This document shows positions 17,161-26,273 of a stretch of DNA of 64,000 bases, piece after piece. Location: the sequence record NC_061446.1. One strand, written 5' to 3'. The notes below the pieces were generated by a model. That model was not told the DNA's origin. It saw only the letters and a program-made list of their open reading frames with translations, and made no database searches. Positions within the stretch are counted from its first letter, which is position 1. Every line of letters starts with the position of its first letter. Made by a program: the position numbers and the translations under genes.

Positions 17161-17598
17161 ATGAGCGAAATAGATATTCTGATCCGAGAGTTCGAGCGGG
17201 CGTATCTCAAGTCACTGGAATCACCTTGGGGTAACGTTGCATATCACGTTCACGACCTTCACCCTGAGATGAAGAACATCCAACTGTACTTGCGCTTTCG
17301 CACTCAGTTTCAATGTCTCTGGAATCGGCCTGTGTTAGTGCTGTCAACAATCAACGTGACAAATCCAGGGCAAGGCGAGTTCTCGAAGTTACTCGCACGT
17401 ACCAAAGAGATGTGTCGTCAACGTGACTGGATTCTGCAAGTCGAAAACGTATTGACGCCGAAGTTCAGAAAGTTTCTACAGCGTGGTGGATTCAAACCAT
17501 TCGGCATTGATAAAGATGTGCCAATCGGCAGCCTTTATTGGTTCCACGACGAAACAATCCCGCAGCAATGTGCGATGTACAGGGAGAGGGGCATATGA
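17161..17598 (+). CDS. GNAT-fold-like protein (145 aa)
   Basis: LSTINVTNPGQGEFSKLL...LQVENVLTPKFRKFLQRGGF resembles GNAT motifs A/B. Confidence 0.5.
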   Translation: MSEIDILIREFERAYLKSLESPWGNVAYHVHDLHPEMKNIQLYLRFRTQFQCLWNRPVLVLSTINVTNPGQGEFSKLLARTKEMCRQRDWILQVENVLTPKFRKFLQRGGFKPFGIDKDVPIGSLYWFHDETIPQQCAMYRERGI

Positions 17599-18038
17599 CA
17601 ATCTGGTGGCCAACTATCATATTCTGTCTAACGCCTCTGCTGGCTTGCTATGCAACTATCCCATGGTTCCGCGCTGCTGTTGATAGACGTTTGCGATTCA
17701 AGTCTATGGACTATGATGCCCTGACTGAGATCTTCGCCGACGGCATGCCTGAGCGTATGCGCATTGAATGTCTACAGGCAAAGTACAACGCGCATCAAGC
17801 GGACCATTCTCATGTGGACATTTACCCACACAAAGAGGGTGTCGCAACTATTCGCTTTCGCGTTGACCCTGAGTTTCCTATTGCGCGTATGTTTCATGAC
17901 GTGCTGGTGGGCAACTACAACGCGTTAGGGATCAAAACAAAGAAAGCACCTGTGATAAGCATCAACCAGTCAGTGTATCGTGTGCTTGATTTTGAGTATG
18001 ACGATCAGTACCTGTTGATTTACGTGAAGCACAACTAA
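17595..18038 (+). CDS. Membrane-anchored hypothetical protein (147 aa)
   Basis: N-terminal hydrophobic WWPTIIFCLTPLLACYATIPWF; ATGA overlap. Confidence 0.7.
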   Translation: MTIWWPTIIFCLTPLLACYATIPWFRAAVDRRLRFKSMDYDALTEIFADGMPERMRIECLQAKYNAHQADHSHVDIYPHKEGVATIRFRVDPEFPIARMFHDVLVGNYNALGIKTKKAPVISINQSVYRVLDFEYDDQYLLIYVKHN

Positions 18039-18047
18039 GGCATTATC

Positions 18048-18347
18048 ATGGTCACCCAACAACAACTCAAAGAGTTTTCTGCATTGCCTTCTTTGGACAG
18101 GAAAGTGTTTCTGCGTAGTAAGCAAGTAGAGATGTTGGGTGCCCTCCCTGAGGTCGAAGCGATAGTTCGTGAGATGTTGTGTCGCGCTGTCGTGGTAGAC
18201 GTAGCCCAAGCGGAGATGGCACTCCTAGCAGCACGTCAAATGTGTGAGAGCAAGGACGTCAAGCAAGCCATTGACGAATTACTTCAATTCGCGGCGAAGA
18301 TACATGATGCCGCAACTGATACCCTTTTTCTTGGAGATATAGCATGA
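18048..18347 (+). CDS. Hypothetical protein (99 aa)
   Basis: AAGG RBS. Confidence 0.7.
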   Translation: MVTQQQLKEFSALPSLDRKVFLRSKQVEMLGALPEVEAIVREMLCRAVVVDVAQAEMALLAARQMCESKDVKQAIDELLQFAAKIHDAATDTLFLGDIA

Positions 18348-19402
18348 ATACCATTTCTGGCGCAATGATTGACGAAGACGTTCTCGATTGGCTCGACAAT
18401 TTCAATATGCACAAGCAGAAGAATATCTGCGAAGCGATTAACCAGCTGGCTTATGCTAACCGCACCGAGCTGTCTATTCCCAATATGGACTCGGACGAAG
18501 ACATTGCGGCACTGTCTCACTCTGACCTCTTCAAAATCTTAACGCTGGCCAGCCCGAACTCAAAGTACGATCTCACTCTGTCCAACGTTCAACTGCTTGG
18601 TCTGGCAATGAGCGCGATGGGTGTCATTGAATACAGCATGCCTGAACTGAACAGCCCGATTATGATTGCTCGTAAGTTCGCAGACGCGCATCGCAAAAAC
18701 ATTATCGGCTCTACTGGTGACCGCGATAAGATCATCAAGGCGCTTAATGAGTGGCTGTGCGGTTTGCGTGATATTGATTTATCGAACGCAGGTACAGACG
18801 CAGCACCTGAAACTGCGGGTATGTATCTGTGTGTAGACGAACACGAACAGATTCGTTACGGCCGCCTGTACCCTAATAGCAGTGAGGGCTGGACGTTCTG
18901 TGAGTCGTATGAAGATGGCAGTTCGACTCTGTGGTATAGCGATAGCACTGAGCATACTGCCGAAGATGATCTGCCTATCACATTGTTGTCTCAATGGGTG
19001 CTGGTGGCTGAGTGGCATAGCCGTAACGTTAAAGCCGCGCAGAAAGCATTGCCTATGGAAGTGCGTGATACCCATCGTATCTTTATGTTCCTGCGCAGTC
19101 TCAGCCCGCATGTGAAAGCCGAGCTGGTGGCACACTTTGCAGGTGTGCTTGACTACAAAGACCCAACATCGGTAGACTCTATTGGTCGTCTGACTGAACA
19201 CGACTGGCAGATGGCTGCGACAAGTATTGCAGATGACAGCAAGCTGCCTGAAGGTGCCTCAACATGGAAAGAAGCTACCGCCTGGGTGTGCTTCGTAGCG
19301 ACGCTTGAATCCCTGGGTTTCAATTTCCAAACACGTCAGTTTGACCCGCAGTTCGACTATCAGGCAAATGACGACCATCTGGAGGAAGAAGAGGAAGAAT
19401 GA
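18344..19402 (+). CDS. Hypothetical protein (352 aa) with acidic C-terminal tail
   Basis: GGAG RBS, ATGA overlap. Confidence 0.8.
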   Translation: MNTISGAMIDEDVLDWLDNFNMHKQKNICEAINQLAYANRTELSIPNMDSDEDIAALSHSDLFKILTLASPNSKYDLTLSNVQLLGLAMSAMGVIEYSMPELNSPIMIARKFADAHRKNIIGSTGDRDKIIKALNEWLCGLRDIDLSNAGTDAAPETAGMYLCVDEHEQIRYGRLYPNSSEGWTFCESYEDGSSTLWYSDSTEHTAEDDLPITLLSQWVLVAEWHSRNVKAAQKALPMEVRDTHRIFMFLRSLSPHVKAELVAHFAGVLDYKDPTSVDSIGRLTEHDWQMAATSIADDSKLPEGASTWKEATAWVCFVATLESLGFNFQTRQFDPQFDYQANDDHLEEEEEE

Positions 19403-19605
19403 ACAGACGAATGATCGCTTTGCTTGCGCTGGTGATCTTCTGCTTGGTGGGAGCAGTTGCTTCCGCCGAAGCAGCAAACCACTACAACATTATGTTGTGC
19501 CTTGGCCTGACACTTATGTTTCTGGCAGGCTTCTTTATCTGTGTAGAATGTTTCCGTAAGACTTCATGGGAACAACAAAACAAAAAGGACAAAAAGAATG
19601 GCTAA
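19399..19605 (+). CDS. Small membrane protein with two hydrophobic helices (68 aa)
   Basis: MIALLALVIFCLVGAVASA and IMLCLGLTLMFLAGFFICV, basic tail. Confidence 0.7.
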   Translation: MNRRMIALLALVIFCLVGAVASAEAANHYNIMLCLGLTLMFLAGFFICVECFRKTSWEQQNKKDKKNG

Positions 19606-20131
19606 ATCACTCGGCGTTTACCTGACGTATATTCTGCGTCATAAGCCGCAGGACATTGGTATCGCTATGGACACGCAAGGCTGGGTGTCTGTCTCTGACC
19701 TGTTAGAGAAAGCGAAGTATGTTAAGCCGGTCACTCTCGATATGCTAATCGCAGAAGTAGACGCAGACGAGAAGGGTCGCTTTGAGTTCAATCGTGACCG
19801 GACAAAGATTCGCTGTGTTCAGGGGCACTCGGTCGAGCATGTTATCATCAACATGGAAGAATGGACTGAGCTGGCTCCGCTGTACCATGGCACGGCAGAA
19901 AAGAACGTGTCGTCAATCATGCACGAAGGTATTCTGAAACGCAAACGCAAGCACGTCCATATCAGCAACGACATTGAGACGGCACAACGTGTTGGTCAAC
20001 GTCATGGTGAGCCTGTTGTGTTTGAGATTGACGCTCAGGCCATGATCACTCACGGCTACAAGTTCTACCGCGCAGAAAACGGTGTCATCCTAACTGACCA
20101 CGTACCGTCCCGCTATATCAAGTTGGTGTAG
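19598..20131 (+). CDS. kptA: RNA 2'-phosphotransferase (Tpt1/KptA family)
   Basis: YILRHKP, GWV, KIRCVQGHS, LYHGT, RKHVHIS, ENGVILTDHVP motifs. Confidence 0.93.
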   Translation: MAKSLGVYLTYILRHKPQDIGIAMDTQGWVSVSDLLEKAKYVKPVTLDMLIAEVDADEKGRFEFNRDRTKIRCVQGHSVEHVIINMEEWTELAPLYHGTAEKNVSSIMHEGILKRKRKHVHISNDIETAQRVGQRHGEPVVFEIDAQAMITHGYKFYRAENGVILTDHVPSRYIKLV

Positions 20132-20133
20132 TT

Positions 20134-20535
20134 ATGGAAAAGACGTACATGAGTCATTGGGGATCGCGCTATGTGCGGTCGTCATCGGGCCGGTGGTTCT
20201 CAGTTCATGGGCGTGAAGGAACAATGGTGACCAATCGGTATGGAACTACGTTCTACCGTAGCGGTTCAGAAGTGTGGCGCGACATAACCAAAGGGTGGGA
20301 GATAGCTCTGGAGCGCGAACTGCATAGTCGAACTCGAAAGGACTTTGAGGCTATTAATGAGAAGTTCCTTCACTGGGGTAAGATAGTCAGAACGATGATT
20401 GAGCAGGGGATTACAGAGAACAACTCACATACTCAAGACTTAGCTGAGATGCTTGAGGCGCTGCGCATCAAATCTTACGGCCCCAAAATCGAGCAACTAC
20501 GCATAATACTGGATGAAACAGCCATTAAAAGCTGA
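20134..20535 (+). CDS. Hypothetical protein (133 aa)
   Basis: ORF in operon context. Confidence 0.65.
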   Translation: MEKTYMSHWGSRYVRSSSGRWFSVHGREGTMVTNRYGTTFYRSGSEVWRDITKGWEIALERELHSRTRKDFEAINEKFLHWGKIVRTMIEQGITENNSHTQDLAEMLEALRIKSYGPKIEQLRIILDETAIKS

Positions 20536-20553
20536 GTCTGATTGTGTTATAAT
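20501..20553 (+). promoter_or_regulatory. Phage promoter copy 4
   Basis: GCATAATACTGGATGAAA - 29 bp - (TGt)TATAAT. Confidence 0.75.
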
Positions 20554-20602
20554 AGAGATGAACGCTAGACATTCGTTTAGCTACTTACATGAGGATATGT
20601 AT

Positions 20603-20938
20603 ATGAAAAAGTCAAAAGTTAAAGCAGAAGCTGTGGCACCTACCATTGAAGGCCGCCCATTCACTTTGTACAACACCTCGCCTATTCCTGATGAATCGAC
20701 AACACCATTCGCTGATCGTGATACATTTCTTCCTATGCTGCGTAAAGTTCAGGACGCTGCTCAACTGGAACGCATTCGTGGTTTATCCTGCTGTCCGTAT
20801 TGCCGTGAGACAATGATGCTTGGTGAATACACCAAAGACAACTGGCTCTGGTCATACTGCTATCAGCACATGATTGAACACCACAACGTAACGCCGTCCG
20901 CAGAATTTATTGCTTACGTCGAAGCTGCTTCCAAGTAA
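20603..20938 (+). CDS. Hypothetical protein with possible Cys/His metal site (111 aa)
   Basis: RGLSCCPYC...W...HMIEHHNV; GAGGA RBS. Confidence 0.7.
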   Translation: MKKSKVKAEAVAPTIEGRPFTLYNTSPIPDESTTPFADRDTFLPMLRKVQDAAQLERIRGLSCCPYCRETMMLGEYTKDNWLWSYCYQHMIEHHNVTPSAEFIAYVEAASK

Positions 20939-20964
20939 CCTGAAATTTAGCTGAGGATATGTAC

Positions 20965-22371
20965 ATGAAAAAGATTAAACACACCTTCCGCCTGACTGAC
21001 TTGGTTCGTATTACCGATGAACTTCCTTCGACCAAGAGCGCTTTCACTTCTGGTGAAGATGCAATTGTTGTTGGTCGTGATGAAACAGAAGATAAGTATA
21101 AACTTCACATCAAGCATGAAGGCGAATGTGCTTGGTATCACGCCGAGCACCTGACGCTTATCAAACACAACCAGAGCGAATTGCTCGACAAGTGGGAAGC
21201 TGGTAAGTATGGCAAGAAGAAAAAGAAAGAGCGCAAGATTCCTGACGAACTGCGCAACTTCACTGCTATTCTGCCTGTGACCTGTAACGCTGATTGCTCT
21301 TTCTGTCCTGAGAAAGAGATGGAGAATAAGGCTGATCAGAAAGCATGGTTAAACAATCTGATTGCGGCAATCAAGGCACACGGCCATCGCGTTGATCACG
21401 TATCAATCTCTGGTGGTGAGCCTACACTTCGCATGAAGTACCTGTTCGAAACGGTCGACCGCATTCGTAAAGAGACAGGTATGCGTAAAGTGGGTCTGAC
21501 GTCTAACGGTCAGTTCCTTGAGAAGCACAACCAGACGATGACGTTCCTTGATCTTAACACGGACGAGATGCTGGAAAGCAAACTGTCGCATTTGAATATC
21601 AGTATGCACTCGTTTGATCGTGAGAAAGCAAACAAGATCATGGGCGTCAAGTATACGTGGACGATTGAAGACCTCGTTCGCTTCCGTCGTCAGTTAGGCC
21701 GCAAGCTGAGTTTTCACATCAACTTCGTTATCAACAAAGAGAACATCGACAACATCGAGTGGGAGTTCCATCAGGCAAACGAACTGATGAAAGCAAACCC
21801 GTGGATTGATGTTGTGTTTCGTGTAGATTACGACAACAAGAAGCTGAGTAAAGAATTGCGCAAGTACGGTATGGCCCACGAAGAATACCGTAATGCCACG
21901 CGTGGATCAATCGGGGAGGCTAAAGAAGCAGAGAAGAAGTTGAAGAAGAAACCAAAGCTGGTGGAGTTGTTTGACTCCATATTCGACGGCAGTTTCTACG
22001 ATGACCTGACCGAAGAAACTATGCCTGGCTTTGACGACACGTTCACTACTGGCTGCCCGTCATGCTTCACGCACCGTAGCACCGACCTCAATAATAGCTT
22101 CGCTTACCTGAAAGCATCTTCATATGAACCGAATGAAGATGAAGAAGAATATACCGAGATGGTGTTTCATATGGACGGCAACCTTTACTTCGACTGGTCA
22201 CGCAAAGAGCCTGTGCCAGAAGTGAAAGTGAAGAAAGCCAAACCCGTCAAAGTGAAGAAAGCGAAGAAAGCGGAGCCACAAGGCTATCCAGATAGCTGTA
22301 ACTTCGGTTCTTCTCGTTGTGGATTTACTGGCGGTAACGGACGTTGTGGTTTCGGTAGTGGTATGTGCTGA
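20965..22371 (+). CDS. Radical SAM protein with N-terminal SH3-like domain and Cys/Gly-rich C-terminal tail (~468 aa)
   Basis: CNADCSFC (CxxxCxxC), SISGGEPT, LTSNG, LNISMHS; tail SCNFGSSRCGFTGGNGRCGFGSGMC; start at 20959 or 20965. Confidence 0.9.
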   Translation: MKKIKHTFRLTDLVRITDELPSTKSAFTSGEDAIVVGRDETEDKYKLHIKHEGECAWYHAEHLTLIKHNQSELLDKWEAGKYGKKKKKERKIPDELRNFTAILPVTCNADCSFCPEKEMENKADQKAWLNNLIAAIKAHGHRVDHVSISGGEPTLRMKYLFETVDRIRKETGMRKVGLTSNGQFLEKHNQTMTFLDLNTDEMLESKLSHLNISMHSFDREKANKIMGVKYTWTIEDLVRFRRQLGRKLSFHINFVINKENIDNIEWEFHQANELMKANPWIDVVFRVDYDNKKLSKELRKYGMAHEEYRNATRGSIGEAKEAEKKLKKKPKLVELFDSIFDGSFYDDLTEETMPGFDDTFTTGCPSCFTHRSTDLNNSFAYLKASSYEPNEDEEEYTEMVFHMDGNLYFDWSRKEPVPEVKVKKAKPVKVKKAKKAEPQGYPDSCNFGSSRCGFTGGNGRCGFGSGMC

Positions 22372-22384
22372 TAAGGAAAACTAA

Positions 22385-22990
22385 ATGGCCACTCAATTAG
22401 AAGTAAACAAGTTTATGGCCGAGTTTGAAAAGAAATTCGGTCTGTCTATCCCGTTGCTTGCTCAAGACGAGTTCTTTGAGGATGTTCTTGAACGTGCAAA
22501 TCTCGCCAACTTCATTGATTGCTTAAACGATGAATCTCTTCTTGAGATGTTCGTTGAGGAAGACGAGCCTGACCCGCTCAGCGGTGTTGAGTTCGTCGAA
22601 AAAGAACTTGATCGAATCGCAGAGGAACTAGACTCGGATCATGGCTTCCGTGTTTTGCGTGTTGCATTTGCCAACTGGCCTGGTACAATCAAGGATATTG
22701 AAACTTTGATGATCTCAGTTATGGACGACATGGATCTTCTCGATGATCACCCTGACGTTATCGTTGAGCCTACTGTGGATATTGCACTGAAAGCCGACGA
22801 ACTGAAAACACTGTTCTCTGTAGTTCAAGAGTATACCGGTTCAGAATCGCTTCGTCTGTACTCGATGCTTATCGTTCGCAAGCTGGAACGTTTTGCTACG
22901 GGCCGTCCGGTGCCTGAGAAGTTTGCGCGACTCGATCAGACCAGCAGCGAGCATGAACTCAAGGCAGCACTTGCCGAGCTTGGAGAATAA
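22385..22990 (+). CDS. Acidic hypothetical protein (201 aa)
   Basis: AAGGA RBS. Confidence 0.8.
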   Translation: MATQLEVNKFMAEFEKKFGLSIPLLAQDEFFEDVLERANLANFIDCLNDESLLEMFVEEDEPDPLSGVEFVEKELDRIAEELDSDHGFRVLRVAFANWPGTIKDIETLMISVMDDMDLLDDHPDVIVEPTVDIALKADELKTLFSVVQEYTGSESLRLYSMLIVRKLERFATGRPVPEKFARLDQTSSEHELKAALAELGE

Positions 22991-22991
22991 C

Positions 22992-23348
22992 ATGACGCGT
23001 AACTATTACTATGACAGCCCTTTCTTCTACGGGCTTATCGTGTGGCGTAGACGCCTAGCTGTTGTCTGCGCAATGCTGATTGCTATTCTCGTCATTCATG
23101 GACGTACACCACCTGCTGTAGAAGATATGTGGTTCTGGACAGGCATCATCTTCGGTATCGTTGGCGGCATCTGCTATATTCGCATGTGGTCTTATGAACA
23201 ATATCTGCTTGCTGCGATGGGCCCGCTTGATAACAACACTGTTGTCGGTTCATTGAACTTCGATAAGATCGAGCGCAAACATGCAATCTGGTACGAGAAG
23301 AAATTTGGCCACAAGCCGCCTAAAACTAACACATGGAGTATCGACTAA
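22992..23348 (+). CDS. Two-TM membrane protein (118 aa)
   Basis: GGAG RBS; hydrophobic segments LAVVCAMLIAILVI and WFWTGIIFGIVGGICYI. Confidence 0.75.
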   Translation: MTRNYYYDSPFFYGLIVWRRRLAVVCAMLIAILVIHGRTPPAVEDMWFWTGIIFGIVGGICYIRMWSYEQYLLAAMGPLDNNTVVGSLNFDKIERKHAIWYEKKFGHKPPKTNTWSID

Positions 23349-23815
23349 TGCCACGCATGTTTACTGATACACACCGCAAGAAATACTTTCGTCGCGCTGA
23401 GGACCCGCAGTATCACGGACATAAGTGCGAGGGAATCTATCGTGAAGCGATGGACACGCTACAGAAGTTGCACTACTACAAGCAGGCTATCGGTGCGATG
23501 CGTATGCGCGAGCGTATGACTGTAAATACGTCTCGAAAGTTTCAAGAGTGGGAACGTCTCGGTACTTTGATTAAGGGCAACCCGAGTTACGAGGAGTTGC
23601 GTTCAGAGGTCAACCTGTGTGCGTTCAGACTCAAGCGTCTTCGCATTGAATATACCGAAGAGCATTCACGACGACACAATCAACCATTGAGTTTTGAAGT
23701 GAGAGATGCGGACAACAATCGCGTTGATGTGTTCGTAACCCACGAAGCAGCGAGATACTGCAAACTGCATTCCGGTCTCGGTGCAAACATCATTCGTTAT
23801 GAGGAACAGAAATAA
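23348..23815 (+). CDS. Hypothetical protein (155 aa)
   Basis: TAATG coupling. Confidence 0.7.
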   Translation: MPRMFTDTHRKKYFRRAEDPQYHGHKCEGIYREAMDTLQKLHYYKQAIGAMRMRERMTVNTSRKFQEWERLGTLIKGNPSYEELRSEVNLCAFRLKRLRIEYTEEHSRRHNQPLSFEVRDADNNRVDVFVTHEAARYCKLHSGLGANIIRYEEQK

Positions 23816-23816
23816 A

Positions 23817-24080
23817 ATGGCCGTAGGCTTTGTGAAAGATGATGGCGTAAACGATACCATCGAAACAAACGTAATGAACGAGATTGACCGCGCTCGTTCT
23901 GAACTTCAAGGCGTAGGTTCTGATTACTGCGTCAACCCTGACTGCGGTGAAAAGATTCCTGTGATGCGCAAGCTCGCTATGCCGAATGCGCGTTACTGCA
24001 TTAACTGTCAGGCAAGTCATGATGGTTCTGCCCATGCAGGCTATAATCGTCGCGGCTCCAAAGATTCTCAACTGAGGTAG
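23817..24080 (+). CDS. ybiI: DksA/TraR C4 zinc-finger protein, YbiI-like (87 aa)
   Basis: MAVGFVKDDGVN...IDRARSEL...CVNPDCGEKIP...CINCQ...YNRRGSKDSQLR; C-terminus matches E. coli YbiI as recalled. Confidence 0.9.
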   Translation: MAVGFVKDDGVNDTIETNVMNEIDRARSELQGVGSDYCVNPDCGEKIPVMRKLAMPNARYCINCQASHDGSAHAGYNRRGSKDSQLR

Positions 24081-24082
24081 TT

Positions 24083-24307
24083 ATGGATATTAAAGCTAAC
24101 CCGGAAGTGACATACACGCTCGAAGCATTCCTTCCTGCTTCGGGCAACTGGTCGTCTATTAAGTCTGGCATTAAAGAAGAGATTGAGATCTCTGAACTGT
24201 TAGGCCAGTTGAAGATTGATCCGAAGTGCCCACGCAGTCCCGCCACTGCGTTTCGTATGGTGAAAGTGACGCGTGACGTCGTTCAATTCATGGGGATAGA
24301 CAAATGA
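24083..24307 (+). CDS. Hypothetical protein (74 aa)
   Basis: GAGG RBS. Confidence 0.7.
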   Translation: MDIKANPEVTYTLEAFLPASGNWSSIKSGIKEEIEISELLGQLKIDPKCPRSPATAFRMVKVTRDVVQFMGIDK

Positions 24308-24444
24308 GCGATGAATGCAAAGAACCGTACTCGCGCTGCTCTGATTGCCGTACACCTCTAGCAGAAGATGAAGTGTATGGCGAATGGGATGACCTGTGTG
24401 AAAATTGCTCCGCTGATCGTGAAGACGAAGGCGAATCAACCTAA
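24304..24444 (+). CDS. Small CxxC...CxxC zinc-finger peptide (46 aa, absent from the ORF track)
   Basis: MSDECKEPYSRCSDCRTPLAEDEVYGEWDDLCENCSADREDEGEST; ATGA overlap with the upstream gene. Confidence 0.6.
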   Translation: MSDECKEPYSRCSDCRTPLAEDEVYGEWDDLCENCSADREDEGEST

Positions 24445-24457
24445 ATAGGAGAGCACT

Positions 24458-25099
24458 GTGGATAGTATCATTCAATTCCTCATGGACGAGGACGAAGTGC
24501 AAGACGCACTTACTGCATATCGCACTGACCCTACTGACGAGAGCAAGCGTCGTGTGATTGAAACGATTCTTGCTGAACGCAAAACAGCAAAACGTATTGA
24601 GCCTGATTCTCCTGTAGTTAAGCCTAAGCCTGTTCATCGGTATGTGCTTATACCGAACGTCACAACAATACACAAAGAAAATGTGACGAGAAACACTGGC
24701 AAAGGCGTTTCTACTCTTTCGCGCAACATAGACCCAGAACGCAAGTCAATTGCGGCACTTGCTCGACGCGCTGCTGATCGCATTCATGAGCTTGGCGGAT
24801 CTGCTGTCTACGTTCGCTTTGACTTTGACGAATGGCAGGCGCTGTTTGAGAACGAAGGTCATGTTGGCACAGTCAACATGTTCAACAATATCCAAGAGTA
24901 CGATGACTTGGATAAGATTGCCGATGTGCTAAATACTTTTATTGCGCGTGTGGGTAATGTAGATAGCCCTGAGTATGCTGCAAAACTTTTGCGTAAGATG
25001 TACGCTGTAGCGCAAGGCAAGATTGACGATACTATCGGTAAGTCAATCATTCGCATGGTAGATACGTCAGGCACCAAGAACGTGCCCAGCGTACTGTAA
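24458..25099 (+). CDS. Hypothetical protein (213 aa)
   Basis: AGGAG RBS, GTG start. Confidence 0.8.
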   Translation: MDSIIQFLMDEDEVQDALTAYRTDPTDESKRRVIETILAERKTAKRIEPDSPVVKPKPVHRYVLIPNVTTIHKENVTRNTGKGVSTLSRNIDPERKSIAALARRAADRIHELGGSAVYVRFDFDEWQALFENEGHVGTVNMFNNIQEYDDLDKIADVLNTFIARVGNVDSPEYAAKLLRKMYAVAQGKIDDTIGKSIIRMVDTSGTKNVPSVL

Positions 25100-25132
25100 A
25101 GAACAAACAGTCGAATAACGAGGACAATAAAA

Positions 25133-25492
25133 ATGATCAGACAAGTTCCTATCAGAATCTCCAGCAAAGAGCCTAACACTTCAATCGAAGAAGTTGCTCT
25201 TGTTCGCGGCTTCAAAAACTACACCGTTGTTGTTCGCGGTCCGTGGCGTCTTATTCGTTGTACCGATACTGTTGACCTCAAAGTCGTGCTTATCGGTCCT
25301 TACGACGTAATGCCAAACATTACAGGCTACGAGATTCTGACCTCTGCCGGTTTCTCGTCAGTCGATGCTGCGTTAGCTCTTGGTGCAAAACACTATGAAG
25401 TTAAGACGTGGCAGAAGCAACAACGCGCTCGCCTGAAAGCAGCAAAAGCACAACCGCGCCTCGGCCGTACTAACGCACTCGATGATCTTTAA
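25133..25492 (+). CDS. Hypothetical protein (119 aa)
   Basis: GAGGA RBS. Confidence 0.7.
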   Translation: MIRQVPIRISSKEPNTSIEEVALVRGFKNYTVVVRGPWRLIRCTDTVDLKVVLIGPYDVMPNITGYEILTSAGFSSVDAALALGAKHYEVKTWQKQQRARLKAAKAQPRLGRTNALDDL

Positions 25493-25502
25493 GGAGCAAA
25501 CA

Positions 25503-26273
25503 ATGAAACAGTTATTCGTAGGCAGTCACCCGAACACCGTGAAATTCTCTGACCTCGATGGACGTGATCGCGTCTGTGAGATTCGTGTCATGATCGCCAA
25601 CGCGTACACTACTCTGCGTGATGCTATCGGCGAACAGGCCAAAAACGAAACGAATACCTTCCACGGACCGTGGTTAGTGTTTCGCAATCTCATGAACGAA
25701 CACCCGGCAGCGTGTCTGGAAGAATATCGTCATGCTGCAATCTACTTCGACGCAGACACTGAAGGCCAGATTACTGAAATCTGCGATCTGATTGAACAGC
25801 ACATCGAACTGACCCGTCAGGCTCTTAGTCTGAAAGGCGTTCATCAACATCAGGCCGATGTAATGATCGGTATCTCAAGCACTGCCGGTAAGATGGAAAC
25901 AACTGTGATGCGGGGCCTGGGTAAAACGCGCGGCAACAACCCGCATCTGATCATGGCCGATAGCGTTCGCAAGTATATCGAGCTGACCGCTGAGAAAGAA
26001 TCAGTGTTTGCTTTCTGCGTTCTGCTGACCAAGAAGTTGAAGTCAGATTGCTATGACCGTTACGAAGATATGACTCAGGAAGAAATGATTGAGTGTGTAC
26101 ACGGTCTTATTCTCGCTTCGTCCCAGAGCGTGAAGTGCATCCGCGAACACGTCGAGTCTGCCGCTAACGAACTCTCTATGACGTATGCGCAGTTCGTTGC
26201 CGACGTTAACTCTGACTTCGACGCAGAAGATGATCAGGCGGCTGACGATGAAAACTACGCTCTCCGCAATTAA
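25503..26273 (+). CDS. Hypothetical protein (256 aa)
   Basis: AAGGAG RBS before ATG 25503. Confidence 0.8.
   Translation: MKQLFVGSHPNTVKFSDLDGRDRVCEIRVMIANAYTTLRDAIGEQAKNETNTFHGPWLVFRNLMNEHPAACLEEYRHAAIYFDADTEGQITEICDLIEQHIELTRQALSLKGVHQHQADVMIGISSTAGKMETTVMRGLGKTRGNNPHLIMADSVRKYIELTAEKESVFAFCVLLTKKLKSDCYDRYEDMTQEEMIECVHGLILASSQSVKCIREHVESAANELSMTYAQFVADVNSDFDAEDDQAADDENYALRN

Noticed and set aside
20965-22371. Radical SAM as viperin, QueE or NrdG
   Set aside because: Lacks viperin-type flanking motifs, is far longer than QueE/NrdG, and has no 7-deazaguanine or NrdD neighbours in the window; left unassigned.
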